Source: an uncultured Candidatus Saccharibacteria bacterium
GTDB taxonomy: Bacteria > Patescibacteriota > UBA1384 > CAILIB01 > JAUSJZ01
Direction of reading: 5' to 3'
DNA length: 64,000 bases
Assembly (NCBI GenBank): GCA_964421635.1
Contig: CAYQWZ010000001.1
Span: 71,267-135,266 of the forward strand
Program-made: the position numbers and the translations under genes
The notes under the pieces: model-generated
What the model saw: the letters and a program-made list of their open reading frames with translations, nothing else
Told to the model about the DNA's origin: nothing
Databases searched by the model: none
In this document: in pieces, positions 9,851 through 19,820 of the stretch
Layout of the letters: each line of letters starts with the position of its first letter
Numbering within the stretch: position 1 is the stretch's first letter

Positions 9851-11226
9851 AGGAGCTTCCCAAACCACCCGGTTTGCGCAAGATGATAGGCCCAAGCCTG
9901 ATTCTTTTAGGTTTAGGATTAGGCAGCGGCGAAGTAATTTTATGGCCATACCTTTCGGCTAATTTTGGGTTAGGAATTATTTGGGCAGCGCTTGCAGGCA
10001 TCACCATTCAATTTGTTTTGAATATGGAAGTCGAGCGTTACGCCGTGATAAAAGGGGAGAGTGTTTTCATTGGCTTCGCTCGTCTTTACAGGCGCTTGCC
10101 AATTTGGTTTATTATCTCTACTTTTATAGGATTCGGTTGGCCCGGTATTATCGCCGCCTCCGCTAAAGTCTTAGCTCAACCTTTAGGAATTAAGAACTTT
10201 GAACTTTTAGCAATTGGGCTTTTAATTTTAATTGGCGTCATTCTGACTTTGGGGCCAATCCTTTATAAGACAGTGGAGACTTATCAAAAAGTTGCTATAT
10301 CGATTGGCATTCCAATAATTTTTTATTTAGTTTTCAAAACTACTACTATAGCTGAGACTTCAGATTTATTCGCCGGATTAATGGGACAGGGGAACGGATA
10401 TCAATTTATTCCTAAAGGTTTGCCTCTGTTCACTTTTTTGGGTGCTTTGGCCTATGCTGGCGCCGGCGGCAATCTGAATTTAGCACAGTCTTTTTATGTA
10501 CGAGATAAAGGATACGGAATGGGTAAGTACGGCGGACGCATAACTAGTTTAATTACAGGCACAGCTGAAAAGGTTCAAATTACGGGCAGCACTTTTCAGG
10601 TCAACGCTAAAAACGAGAAACTCTTCAAAAAATGGTGGCGACTAGTTAATTTAGAGCACGGCATTGTCTTTTGGGGTATAGGATTTTTCACTATCTCAAT
10701 GCTAGCCTTACTGTCATACAGCACCACTTTTGGCCAAGCGGGTAATGCTGAAGGAATTAATTTTATTTTGAATGAGGGAAACGCTATTACTAATTTAGTG
10801 GGGCCAACACTAGCCGTAATTTTCTTCCTAGTAGCAGCCTTAATGCTTTTTGGTACTCAGCTCACTGTTTTAGATAGCACCTCGCGCATAATGACTGAGA
10901 ACTATTTAATTGCTCGTTTTAATAGAAAAAATGTAAAACCGCCAACAATTTATTACACTGTCTTGTGGCTACAAATTTTATTCGGTATTGCTGTATTCTT
11001 ACTTGGATTTTCAGAACCAATCACTCTAATCGTCTTGGGCTCAGTAATTAATGCCATAGCTATGTTGGTGTCATTTGTTTTAATCCTTATATTAAATAAT
11101 ACGCATTTAGCAAAAAGTTTGCGCCCTGGAATTATCCGTAAATCAGTTCTTATTGCTGCCATAATTTTCTTCACTTATTTCTCTTACATTGCTTTCACTG
11201 AAGCTCTTGCTAAGATCATCTCCTAA
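9817..11226 (+). CDS. Nramp-related (APC/LeuT-fold) membrane transporter with a non-canonical TM1 motif.
   Basis: 11-12 TM helices with Nramp-like spacing. TM1 reads 'GLGSGE' instead of DPGN, and TM6 reads 'AGAGGNLNLAQSFYV' instead of MPH. Confidence 0.4.
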   Translation: MGQDYLPKTPIKELPKPPGLRKMIGPSLILLGLGLGSGEVILWPYLSANFGLGIIWAALAGITIQFVLNMEVERYAVIKGESVFIGFARLYRRLPIWFIISTFIGFGWPGIIAASAKVLAQPLGIKNFELLAIGLLILIGVILTLGPILYKTVETYQKVAISIGIPIIFYLVFKTTTIAETSDLFAGLMGQGNGYQFIPKGLPLFTFLGALAYAGAGGNLNLAQSFYVRDKGYGMGKYGGRITSLITGTAEKVQITGSTFQVNAKNEKLFKKWWRLVNLEHGIVFWGIGFFTISMLALLSYSTTFGQAGNAEGINFILNEGNAITNLVGPTLAVIFFLVAALMLFGTQLTVLDSTSRIMTENYLIARFNRKNVKPPTIYYTVLWLQILFGIAVFLLGFSEPITLIVLGSVINAIAMLVSFVLILILNNTHLAKSLRPGIIRKSVLIAAIIFFTYFSYIAFTEALAKIIS

Positions 11227-11263
11227 TTTGCCAAACAAATACCGAACACGGTATAATTAATAA

Positions 11264-14137
11264 GTGAAAGAAAAACTTTTTGAAGGATTAACTTTAGAGC
11301 AAAGAAAAGCCGTCACGCATTTAAGTGGGCCCGCTTTGGTTATCGCTGGCGCAGGAACAGGCAAGACAAAAGTACTGACTCATCGCATCGCATATTTAAT
11401 AGATAAAAAGTTTATCAAACCAGAAGAAGTTTTAGCTCTAACCTTTACCGAAAAAGCAGCCGCTGAAATGCAAGAACGGGTAGATCAGCTTCTACCTTTG
11501 GGTACGAACACTTCTACGATTACTACCTTCCATAGCTTCACCACCGAACTACTTCGACAATACGCTCACTTCCTAGCTATTCCGGCCGATTTCTCGTTGT
11601 TAACTCAAGAAGAAGAATTGGTTTTCTTACAAGATCATTTATTTGAGTTACCTCTAAAAATTCTGCGGCCCGGCTCAAATCCTGAAAAGTTCTTGCAACC
11701 AATTTTGATCTTTTTTAATCGTTTGAAAGACGAAGCCATCTCATTCGACGACCTAGATAAGCTCGGCCAGAAAAAAACAAAGTCAAATGACAATGCCGAA
11801 CATGATGAAGGATTACAACTAATTGAGCTAGCAGTTACTTATAAAAAGTATGAAGAATTATTAAAAGAAGAAGGATACCTCACTTTTGGCCACTGTATTA
11901 CAGAAACTATCAAACTGTTTAAATTACGGCCATCCGTATTACGCGAAGTAAAAAAATCTTACAAACAAATTTTAATTGATGAGTACCAAGACACTAACTG
12001 GGCACAGACAGAACTGGCGTCTTTAATTGCCGGTAAAAAAGGTAACATTATGGCTGTCGGCGATGATGATCAGGCCATCTATCGTTTTCGCGGCGCTGCC
12101 TCCTCAAACTTAATATCATTTCTTGATCGTTTTCCCAAAGCAAAAAGAGTCGTGTTAACAAAAAACTTTCGCTCTACTCAACAAATTTTAGACACTGCTT
12201 ATCGAACCATTCAACATAATAATCCTGACCGTTTGGAGTATAGAGAAAAAATAGACAAACGATTAATTGGTCAAACTAAAGGATTAGAGCCGCAAGTAAT
12301 TCTGTACGATAGGCTTAACTCCGAGTTAGCGGGCATCACCAAGTTAGTGCAAGACATGTTAGATGAAGGAACTTCTCCCGAAGAGATCGCTGTTTTAACT
12401 CGTACCCGTAATCACGCTAATAAAATTTCAAACTCACTTAAAGATGCTGGCATTCCGGTTAATAATCCAGCGGCCAATAAATTATACAACCAGCCAGTGG
12501 TCAAGAACATTATGGCGTTTTTGAATTTACTGAAAGACACGCGCGACAATTTATCTTTCTATAATGTTTTTTCAAATACACCTTTTAAGCTAGATGCCAA
12601 AACTTTTAATCAAATTTTGGCTCGCCGCTTCTATAAAGAAGATTCATTCTTCGTTCACACAACTGAACTTATCAAACAAGACCCCGCCTGGATTAATAAA
12701 AAATCTAAAACTACTATTCAAAAAGTTTTAAAGCTACATCAAGATATATCTGAATATTTAAACGAACGACCAACCCTTGCTATCCTTCATTATATTCACC
12801 AGTCTGGTCTTTATAAAAAGCTGGCCAAAAGTAAAAAGGTAATTGCAGAAATTCAATTAGAACAAATTGGACGACTGTTCGACGAAGCGCAAAATTATGA
12901 AGAACGCCACCGTCACGCTGACTTAATTCAATTTCTTAATTATTTAGAGATCGCCATTGAAAATAATATTGATGCCAAAATTGAAGATTTTAGTACTGAC
13001 CCTTTTATGGTTAATGTTATGACTATCCATCAAAGCAAAGGCTTAGAATTTGATTCTGTAATAATTGCTCATTGTGCCAACGGTCGGTTTCCAAGTCGTA
13101 ACAGACGCGATGTTTTTACTGTTCCAGCTGAGCTAGCTAAAGAACCCTTACCAGAAGGCGACTGTCATTTAGAAGAAGAGCGCCGTTTATTTTATGTAGC
13201 CATGACTCGTGCTCGAAAACAGGCATTTTGTACTGCCTCCACTTATTACGGAGAAGGAAATCGTAAATCAAAAATATCTCCGTTTATGTTTGAGGCTTTT
13301 TCAGAAGAAGTAGCGAAGTTGAATGCTTTATCTTTTAAATCAACCGAGTACTTACAGATGCCACTAGATCTAACTGAGCAGGAATATCAAATGATTGAAC
13401 CCGTACCTCAATTTATTACAGTCAGCCAAACAGATTTAGACACCTACATTGGTTGTCCTCGTCAATACCGGTACAAAAAGATTTTAAAAATTAAAGTACA
13501 TCCGGCTGCCGCTCTCTCATTTGGCATCGCCGTTCATAACACCCTACGCGCTTACTTTGATTTGAAAAAAAGAAATCAAAGACCCAAAATAGAAGAGCTG
13601 CTTAATGAATATTGGATAAGTGGCGGTTTTGAATCTAAAAAACATGAAAGTGACCGAAAGAAAGAAGGATTAGATGCGCTAAGAAAAATGGAAGTGTCGT
13701 TGCAGAAACTTAATCCAGAAAAAATGGAATGGTCTTTCAACTTTCCGCTGGCATCAGGCGATAGGTTACGAGGGCGCATCGATCGAGTTGATAGAGTAGG
13801 GAAGAATCTGGTTGAAATTGTTGACTACAAAACTGGCAGCCCAAAAGAAGAATCAAAGATAAAAAAAGATTTACAGCTCGGCACCTATATCTTAGCGGTT
13901 GAAAGTAAAACCAAAGATCGGGTAAAACAGGTTACCCTAGATTATGTTGTATATAATAAGAAGGTCAAAGTAAATCGCGATCAATTTGAGCTGCAGAAAG
14001 TAAAAGAAAAAATTGCTCAGGCAATTACCAGTCTGAAAAAAGATATGGGTGAAGATAATTTTATTGCCAAACCTGAGAAAATGAAATGTTCTTTCTGCGA
14101 CTTTAAATCTATCTGTCCTTATCGCTATACTGAATAA
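11264..14137 (+). CDS. UvrD/PcrA-type SF1 helicase fused to a C-terminal PD-(D/E)xK nuclease with a Cas4/AddB-type 4-Cys Fe-S motif.
   Basis: Walker A 'GAGTGKT'. Nuclease motifs 'IDRVDR...EIVDYKTG'. Cys at 'IGCPRQYRY' plus 'CSFCDFKSICPY'. Confidence 0.75.
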   Translation: MKEKLFEGLTLEQRKAVTHLSGPALVIAGAGTGKTKVLTHRIAYLIDKKFIKPEEVLALTFTEKAAAEMQERVDQLLPLGTNTSTITTFHSFTTELLRQYAHFLAIPADFSLLTQEEELVFLQDHLFELPLKILRPGSNPEKFLQPILIFFNRLKDEAISFDDLDKLGQKKTKSNDNAEHDEGLQLIELAVTYKKYEELLKEEGYLTFGHCITETIKLFKLRPSVLREVKKSYKQILIDEYQDTNWAQTELASLIAGKKGNIMAVGDDDQAIYRFRGAASSNLISFLDRFPKAKRVVLTKNFRSTQQILDTAYRTIQHNNPDRLEYREKIDKRLIGQTKGLEPQVILYDRLNSELAGITKLVQDMLDEGTSPEEIAVLTRTRNHANKISNSLKDAGIPVNNPAANKLYNQPVVKNIMAFLNLLKDTRDNLSFYNVFSNTPFKLDAKTFNQILARRFYKEDSFFVHTTELIKQDPAWINKKSKTTIQKVLKLHQDISEYLNERPTLAILHYIHQSGLYKKLAKSKKVIAEIQLEQIGRLFDEAQNYEERHRHADLIQFLNYLEIAIENNIDAKIEDFSTDPFMVNVMTIHQSKGLEFDSVIIAHCANGRFPSRNRRDVFTVPAELAKEPLPEGDCHLEEERRLFYVAMTRARKQAFCTASTYYGEGNRKSKISPFMFEAFSEEVAKLNALSFKSTEYLQMPLDLTEQEYQMIEPVPQFITVSQTDLDTYIGCPRQYRYKKILKIKVHPAAALSFGIAVHNTLRAYFDLKKRNQRPKIEELLNEYWISGGFESKKHESDRKKEGLDALRKMEVSLQKLNPEKMEWSFNFPLASGDRLRGRIDRVDRVGKNLVEIVDYKTGSPKEESKIKKDLQLGTYILAVESKTKDRVKQVTLDYVVYNKKVKVNRDQFELQKVKEKIAQAITSLKKDMGEDNFIAKPEKMKCSFCDFKSICPYRYTE

Positions 14138-14140
14138 ACC

Positions 14141-15250
14141 ATGGAAACACTACTATATATTTTGATTATCCTTCTGATTGCCACCCTGTTTGGTATGTTT
14201 GTAATCCTTAAAAAAATAAAAGCTCCGTCAGTTAGCATGGGGTCAGATATCGCTCAAAGTGTTAGTGAGAATCTTTTTAAACAGTTACAGTCTGCTAATG
14301 AACAGCTAATTACTTTAGCTAATGACAAGTTAGGGGCAGAGCGAAAAAATATTAACACTGATTTGCAAAATAAAAAAGAGGCGATTGAGAATTTAATGAA
14401 TGAGATTCGCAAGGATTTAAGAAATGTTGAGCAAATTCGAGTAGGCAGCTTTAAAGATTTAGAACGCGGGCTCAAAGAACACCAAGAGATAACCAAACAA
14501 CTCTCAGCCACCACAGACAGCCTTAAAAGAATCCTTTCTAATAATAGGCTACGCGGTCAGTTCGGTGAGCAGGTAGCTGAAAATTTATTAAAGATGGCCG
14601 GATTTGTCAAAGGAATAGACTACCAGTTTAACAAAGCTCAAGATACTTCAAGTTCGCGACCTGATTTTACAGTCTTTTTGCCAGATAAAACAAAAATTAA
14701 TGTTGATGCTAAATTTCCATACGACAACTTGCAACGCTCAATAGAGAGTGAGAATGAAGAAACGAAGCAAGAATATTTTAAGAAGTTTAAACAAGATGTT
14801 AAAGAAAAGATTAGACAGGTCACTACCAGAGATTATATTAATCCTGAAGAAAAAACCGTAGATTTCGTAATTTTATTTGTACCAAATGAAATGATCTTCT
14901 CATATATTTATGACCAAATGAATGATGTTTGGTTAGAAGCAATGAAATCAAAAGTAATGATGGCCGGCCCTTTTAGTTTTACAGCCATTTTGCGCATGGT
15001 GCGACAATCTTATGATAATTTCAGATATCAAAATAATGTACAAAACATCATCACCTATATTAAACAGTTTGAAAAAGAGTTTGAAAAATATACTACTGAG
15101 TTTATAAAAATTGGTACACGCATTAAATCACTTGATGATCAATATAATTTAGTTGATAGAACTCGCACCAATCAGTTGAAGCGCACTGTTGATAAAATTA
15201 AGATAGAAGAAGGCACAAGTGACGAGCCGAAATTATTAGATGATAATTAA
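14141..15250 (+). CDS. rmuC: DNA recombination protein RmuC.
   Basis: N-terminal TM, coiled coil and a C-terminal 'VDFVILFVPNEMIFSYI' RmuC-domain motif. Confidence 0.7.
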   Translation: METLLYILIILLIATLFGMFVILKKIKAPSVSMGSDIAQSVSENLFKQLQSANEQLITLANDKLGAERKNINTDLQNKKEAIENLMNEIRKDLRNVEQIRVGSFKDLERGLKEHQEITKQLSATTDSLKRILSNNRLRGQFGEQVAENLLKMAGFVKGIDYQFNKAQDTSSSRPDFTVFLPDKTKINVDAKFPYDNLQRSIESENEETKQEYFKKFKQDVKEKIRQVTTRDYINPEEKTVDFVILFVPNEMIFSYIYDQMNDVWLEAMKSKVMMAGPFSFTAILRMVRQSYDNFRYQNNVQNIITYIKQFEKEFEKYTTEFIKIGTRIKSLDDQYNLVDRTRTNQLKRTVDKIKIEEGTSDEPKLLDDN

Positions 15251-15252
15251 GG

Positions 15253-16179
15253 ATGATAATTAAGATTGACCAAAATTTAGTCGGGCAAAGATTAGACTTA
15301 GCTCTTTCACAATCCTTGAAAGTAAGTCGATCAAAAGCGGCTAGTTTAATTAAAACAAAAGAAGTAACTGCAGAGAAAGAAATTAAACCCAGCACTTTAT
15401 ATAGTGAAAGCTTGGTACTGAAAAGAAATAAACCCGCCTTTTTAAAAGAAAAAAAGACAACCGCAAAACTAGATATCATCTTTGAAGATAATGACATCAT
15501 TGTTATCAATAAACCAAGTGGTGCTGTGGTGCATCCGGGAGTAGGGAATAAGGTTAATACTATCTCTCAGGCTTTAATTAATTACTATCCTCAATCTATT
15601 ACTGCTACCTTTGATAACAGTGATCTGTCGAAAGATAGAGCAGGAATTGTGCATCGGCTCGACAAAGATACTTCAGGTGTAATGGTATTAGCCAAAAATA
15701 AATTGTCACTCAATAATTTACAAAAACAGTTCCAAGATCAAGTTGTGCAAAAAGAATATATCTTCGTTTGTGCCGGAAAGCTTACTAGTCAAACAGTCGA
15801 CATGCCTATTGCGCGAGATTCTAAGAACAGAATGAAAAAGAAGGTACGGCTCGAAGGTAAGAACGCAATAACAGTATTTGAACTTCAATCATTTTCTAAA
15901 ATAGATACTCACACTTTGTCTTATATAAAGGCCTTACCAAAAACTGGCCGCATGCACCAAATTAGAGTGCACGCCAGCTATCTTGGTAATCCTATATTAG
16001 GAGATATTATATATGGGAATAAGGAATCAAAAAGGATTTCAAATGATTTGAATATTAAAAGAGTAATGCTGCACGCTCAAAAAATAACCTTCGAGCACCC
16101 AACGAGTGGTGAGAGTATTTCATTCAGTGCCCCTGTAGCTACAGACTTATCCACAATAATAAATAAGATAACCTCATAA
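15253..16179 (+). CDS. rluD: RluA-family pseudouridine synthase (RluD-like, S4 domain plus catalytic domain).
   Basis: Catalytic motif 'HRLDKDTSGVMVLAKN'. Confidence 0.8.
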   Translation: MIIKIDQNLVGQRLDLALSQSLKVSRSKAASLIKTKEVTAEKEIKPSTLYSESLVLKRNKPAFLKEKKTTAKLDIIFEDNDIIVINKPSGAVVHPGVGNKVNTISQALINYYPQSITATFDNSDLSKDRAGIVHRLDKDTSGVMVLAKNKLSLNNLQKQFQDQVVQKEYIFVCAGKLTSQTVDMPIARDSKNRMKKKVRLEGKNAITVFELQSFSKIDTHTLSYIKALPKTGRMHQIRVHASYLGNPILGDIIYGNKESKRISNDLNIKRVMLHAQKITFEHPTSGESISFSAPVATDLSTIINKITS

Positions 16180-16234
16180 TTGAGATTAATTTATACTCTT
16201 GTAATTCGGTTTTAGGCTGTGATAGCATAGATTT

Positions 16235-16858
16235 ATGAAAAGAATTCGTATCACCATATCAATCTCAAAAGATGTAGCCACAGAAGTAGATAATCTTGTA
16301 GATGGAACAAGAATTCGCAACAGATCTCACGCCATTGAATCTCTCCTGTCAGAAGGTCTTAAAATGTCTTCTATAAAAACTGCTGTTATTTTAGCTGGTG
16401 GTAAGAATGTTACTAATCGAGCAGCTGCTATTAAAGATGCTATGGCACAATTGCAATCCTTCGGTATATTTAGTATTACTATCGCTGTTGGCTTTTTAGG
16501 TAATGAACTTTTAGAGAATCTTAACCTTAAAGAAGATAACAATATTTCTGTTCATCGTTCTAATAATGGAACAGGTGGTTCGCTTTATGAATTGAAGTCA
16601 AAGTTAAAAAAGCCTTTCTTTGTAGTAAATGTAAATGAAAAAACTAAGGTAGATTTGCAAAACCTCGTGAAGTTTCATAACGAACATAAACCAACTGCTA
16701 CTATCGCTACCAAAAGCTTACGAGATTTAAATGGTTTTTATTTGCTTGAGCCAGACATCTTTAGCTATATCCCCAAGGGTTTTTCTAGCCTTGAGGACGA
16801 TGTATTTGTTAAACTGACAAAAGATGGCAAATTACTGTCTTATCCTGTTTTAACTTAA
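16235..16858 (+). CDS. Ribbon-helix-helix domain fused to a sugar-nucleotidyltransferase-like domain.
   Basis: N-terminal 'RIRITISISKDVATEVDNLVDG' is RHH-like. 'AVILAGGK...GTGGSLYEL...LEPDIFSYI' resembles NTP_transferase motifs. Confidence 0.35.
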   Translation: MKRIRITISISKDVATEVDNLVDGTRIRNRSHAIESLLSEGLKMSSIKTAVILAGGKNVTNRAAAIKDAMAQLQSFGIFSITIAVGFLGNELLENLNLKEDNNISVHRSNNGTGGSLYELKSKLKKPFFVVNVNEKTKVDLQNLVKFHNEHKPTATIATKSLRDLNGFYLLEPDIFSYIPKGFSSLEDDVFVKLTKDGKLLSYPVLT

Positions 16859-16859
16859 T

Positions 16860-18113
16860 ATGAGGAAAAAATATTTTAGTCAGTTTGTTTTATTTTGGGT
16901 TATTTTTATAATAGCCTTGTTTGTTAATCTTCCTATTTCAAACGGATTCAAAATTGGCAACTGGCAGAAAGATCTCAAACTGCATAAAGGTTTAGATTTA
17001 GTCGGAGGCACTCAGCTAGTCTATGAGCTAAAAACAGAAGGATACGCAGGCAGCCAAGATGAAGCTACTAGTAGAGCTAGCGAAGTTATTCGTCTGAGAG
17101 TTGACGCTCTGGGTGTAGCTGAACCTGTTATTCAATCTACAAAAATAAATGGTAATGCTGCTATTCTAGTTGAGTTGCCGGGCATCGACGATACAGATCT
17201 AGCTAGAGATATTATTGGACAAACTGCCCAACTATTATTTATGACTACCGATGGGGAGGTGGTGTTGACCGGAAACGAAGTTGTTGATGCTAGCCCTACT
17301 TTCGATCAAACCACCAATCAGCCAAATGTACGATTAGAGCTCAATGCTGAAGGAGGAGAAGCTTTTGCTAAAGCTACAGAAGCAAACATAGGCCAACCAA
17401 TATTTATCTTGTTAGATAATCAAATTATTTCTAATCCGGTAGTACAAGAAAAGATTCCAAACGGTGTAGCTACTATCACCATAGGTGAACAGAATAGAAC
17501 TGAAGCTGTAAAAACTGTTAATCAACTGACGACACAAATTAATTCTGGCGCCTTGCCTGTACCTATGGAGCTGGTTGAAGAGAGAACAGTGGGAGCAAGT
17601 TTGGGTCAAGAGTCTGTTAGACAAAGCATCTTTGCCGGCATCGTTGGCTTTACTGGACTGCTTCTATTTATGATTGTTGTTTACGGATTATCTGGTTTAG
17701 TAGCCGTTCTAAGTTTAATTTTATATACATTCATAATGTTTTTCTTTATTCAATTAATTCCAATTACTCTGACTTTAGCTGGAATCGCAGGTATCATTCT
17801 TACCTTGGGTGTTACTGTCGATGCTAACATCCTCACCTTCGAGCGTATGAAGGAAGAAGTAAGAGAAGGCAAAGATATGAGCTTCGCTGTTAAAGAAGGC
17901 GCTAAGCGTGCATGGAGCAGTATTAGAGATGCCAACTATTCATCCTTAATTACAGCAGTTATTCTATTTTACTTTGGCACCGGTCCTATTAAAGGATTCG
18001 CTCTAATTCTAATAGTTGGAGTATTGGTAGGAATTTTCAGCGCCATTTATATGACTCGCATATTACTTAACTTTTTACTGATGACAAGATTTAAGGATAA
18101 ACTGATCAAATGA
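16860..18113 (+). CDS. secD: Protein translocase subunit SecD.
   Basis: 'LDLVGGTQLVYEL' and 'AGIAGIILTLGVTVDANILTFERM'. Confidence 0.85.
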   Translation: MRKKYFSQFVLFWVIFIIALFVNLPISNGFKIGNWQKDLKLHKGLDLVGGTQLVYELKTEGYAGSQDEATSRASEVIRLRVDALGVAEPVIQSTKINGNAAILVELPGIDDTDLARDIIGQTAQLLFMTTDGEVVLTGNEVVDASPTFDQTTNQPNVRLELNAEGGEAFAKATEANIGQPIFILLDNQIISNPVVQEKIPNGVATITIGEQNRTEAVKTVNQLTTQINSGALPVPMELVEERTVGASLGQESVRQSIFAGIVGFTGLLLFMIVVYGLSGLVAVLSLILYTFIMFFFIQLIPITLTLAGIAGIILTLGVTVDANILTFERMKEEVREGKDMSFAVKEGAKRAWSSIRDANYSSLITAVILFYFGTGPIKGFALILIVGVLVGIFSAIYMTRILLNFLLMTRFKDKLIK

Positions 18114-19009
18114 TTATCAAACGAAGAAAAATTTGGTATATAATTTCCACAATTTTAGTGGTAACTAGTTTGTTCGGCATCTTTGTCATTGGACTACCTT
18201 TAGGGTTAGATTTCACCGGCGGAAATATTGCCGAAGTAGAGGTCAGCGAAAATCTTAATGCCTCAGAAATTGCTCAGAGATTAGAAGATAATAACATCAC
18301 TAGCTCTGTTCAATCAACAGAACTGAATAATTATATTATCAAATTCAATAGCAACTCAGGGCAAGAGAATGGGGGAATACCATCACAAAAAGAGTTAAGC
18401 TCAATCTTCGATGACCAAATAATTATTAACAAGTTTGATTCTATTGGCCCTACAGTTAGTCATGATCTTCAACAGAAAGCCGCCGAGGCTATGTTAATTG
18501 CTATGGTTGGTATTATTTTATATATTGCTTGGGCATTCAAAAATTCGTCTAAAACAACCTCTGCTTGGTCTTTAGGAGTAATTGCCGTTATTGCATTAAT
18601 ACACGACAGCGTTATAGTAACTGGAGTTTTCTGTCTTTTGAGTCAATCTAGTACCAGACTGGTGATTGATACCTACTTTATTACCGCTATCTTAACAATT
18701 ATTGGATATTCCGTAAACGATACCATAGTCATTTTCGATCGTCTGAGAGAAATAATTAGAAAGAATCCTACATTATCATTGCTCGAAGCAACAGAAAGGG
18801 GAGTGCAAAGTACAATGGCACGATCACTAAATACATCTTTCACAGTACTAATAGTAATTGCTTCTATGCTTTTGCTTGGCGGCAGTTCACTATTTTCATT
18901 TCTTCTTGCATTATTGCTTGGAGTAATAGTTGGAACATACTCTTCTATCTTTATAGCCGCCCCTCTTTTCGTTTCTTGGAACAACTTTTTAGAACATCGC
19001 CGCCGCTAA
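18110..19009 (+). CDS. secF: Protein translocase subunit SecF.
   Basis: 'GLDFTGG' motif and a 4-nt overlap with secD. Confidence 0.85.
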   Translation: MIIKRRKIWYIISTILVVTSLFGIFVIGLPLGLDFTGGNIAEVEVSENLNASEIAQRLEDNNITSSVQSTELNNYIIKFNSNSGQENGGIPSQKELSSIFDDQIIINKFDSIGPTVSHDLQQKAAEAMLIAMVGIILYIAWAFKNSSKTTSAWSLGVIAVIALIHDSVIVTGVFCLLSQSSTRLVIDTYFITAILTIIGYSVNDTIVIFDRLREIIRKNPTLSLLEATERGVQSTMARSLNTSFTVLIVIASMLLLGGSSLFSFLLALLLGVIVGTYSSIFIAAPLFVSWNNFLEHRRR

Positions 19010-19052
19010 TCGTTGTCTTTAGTTAATCTCTTTTGTAGAATTATATTAACTT

Positions 19053-19424
19053 ATGTATATTGCATTGTTAGGATTAATTTTTGGAGTAGCACTGGGTGCC
19101 ATCTTTCCTATTACCATTCCTTTGATTTATGCCCGCTACACGGCTGTAGCAATTATTGGCTTACTAGATAGCGTCATTGGAGCACTACGAGCCAACATGC
19201 AGAAGCAGTACGATACTTCAATCTTTCTAACTGGAGTATTAATTAATATGGTTTTTGCTATGGCTCTTACATATCTCGGAGATAGGCTATCGCTCGATTT
19301 ATACTTAGCAGTAGTCGTAGTATTTGTCTTTAGGATTTTCAGAAACATGGCTCAAATGAGATACAGTATGTTAACTAGCTATCTTGGAAAGAAACGCGTG
19401 AACGAAGAGTTACACAAAGAATAG
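19053..19424 (+). CDS. Small basic membrane protein, DUF1290 (B. subtilis Sbp/YlxX-like).
   Basis: Strong resemblance to Sbp ('LLDSVIGALRANMQKQYD...GDRLSLDLYLAVVVVFVFRIF'). Confidence 0.55.
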   Translation: MYIALLGLIFGVALGAIFPITIPLIYARYTAVAIIGLLDSVIGALRANMQKQYDTSIFLTGVLINMVFAMALTYLGDRLSLDLYLAVVVVFVFRIFRNMAQMRYSMLTSYLGKKRVNEELHKE

Positions 19425-19432
19425 AACAACTT

Positions 19433-19478
19433 TCACTCCCCTCAGCATTTACGAGACCGGTGGGGGAGTGATTTTTAA
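19433..19478 (+). terminator. Rho-independent terminator after the sbp-like gene.
   Basis: Perfect 9-bp stem tcactcccc/ggggagtga with a 21-nt loop, followed by TTTTTAATT. Confidence 0.6.
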
Positions 19479-19820
19479 TTAATTATAGTTAATTGCACCA
19501 AGATAGAGCGAGCACAGCGCAGTAATGTAATGCAATTATTGTTTATTGTATTAATTATCAATCATATCTTTATGCGATGTAGGAAGAGAGAGTGAATATT
19601 TAGCTGTCTTTTCATGTCGCATAATGTTTCTTCTACGACGTTCTAACTTCGCCCCTGAGAGTATATAAATAGTTACTTGATATAGATATCATCTTGTATT
19701 ACATGTTATTACGCTGTAATACTTATTACAGTTTTTCCTATTAGCCTTCTAGTTTTGTAATAATTTTAAACGCCCATTTTGCTGTTCCCTCTTTTTGAGA
19801 TAGCAAATGGGCGAGTGATT

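Noticed and set aside
19480-19560. tRNA genes in the larger intergenic regions (19.5 kb, 28.3-29.0 kb, 41.9-42.1 kb and 49.6-49.8 kb).
   Set aside because: No cloverleaf-compatible acceptor/T-arm (GTTCRANYC) arrangement was found. The 49.7-kb structure is about 100 nt and lacks tRNA features.
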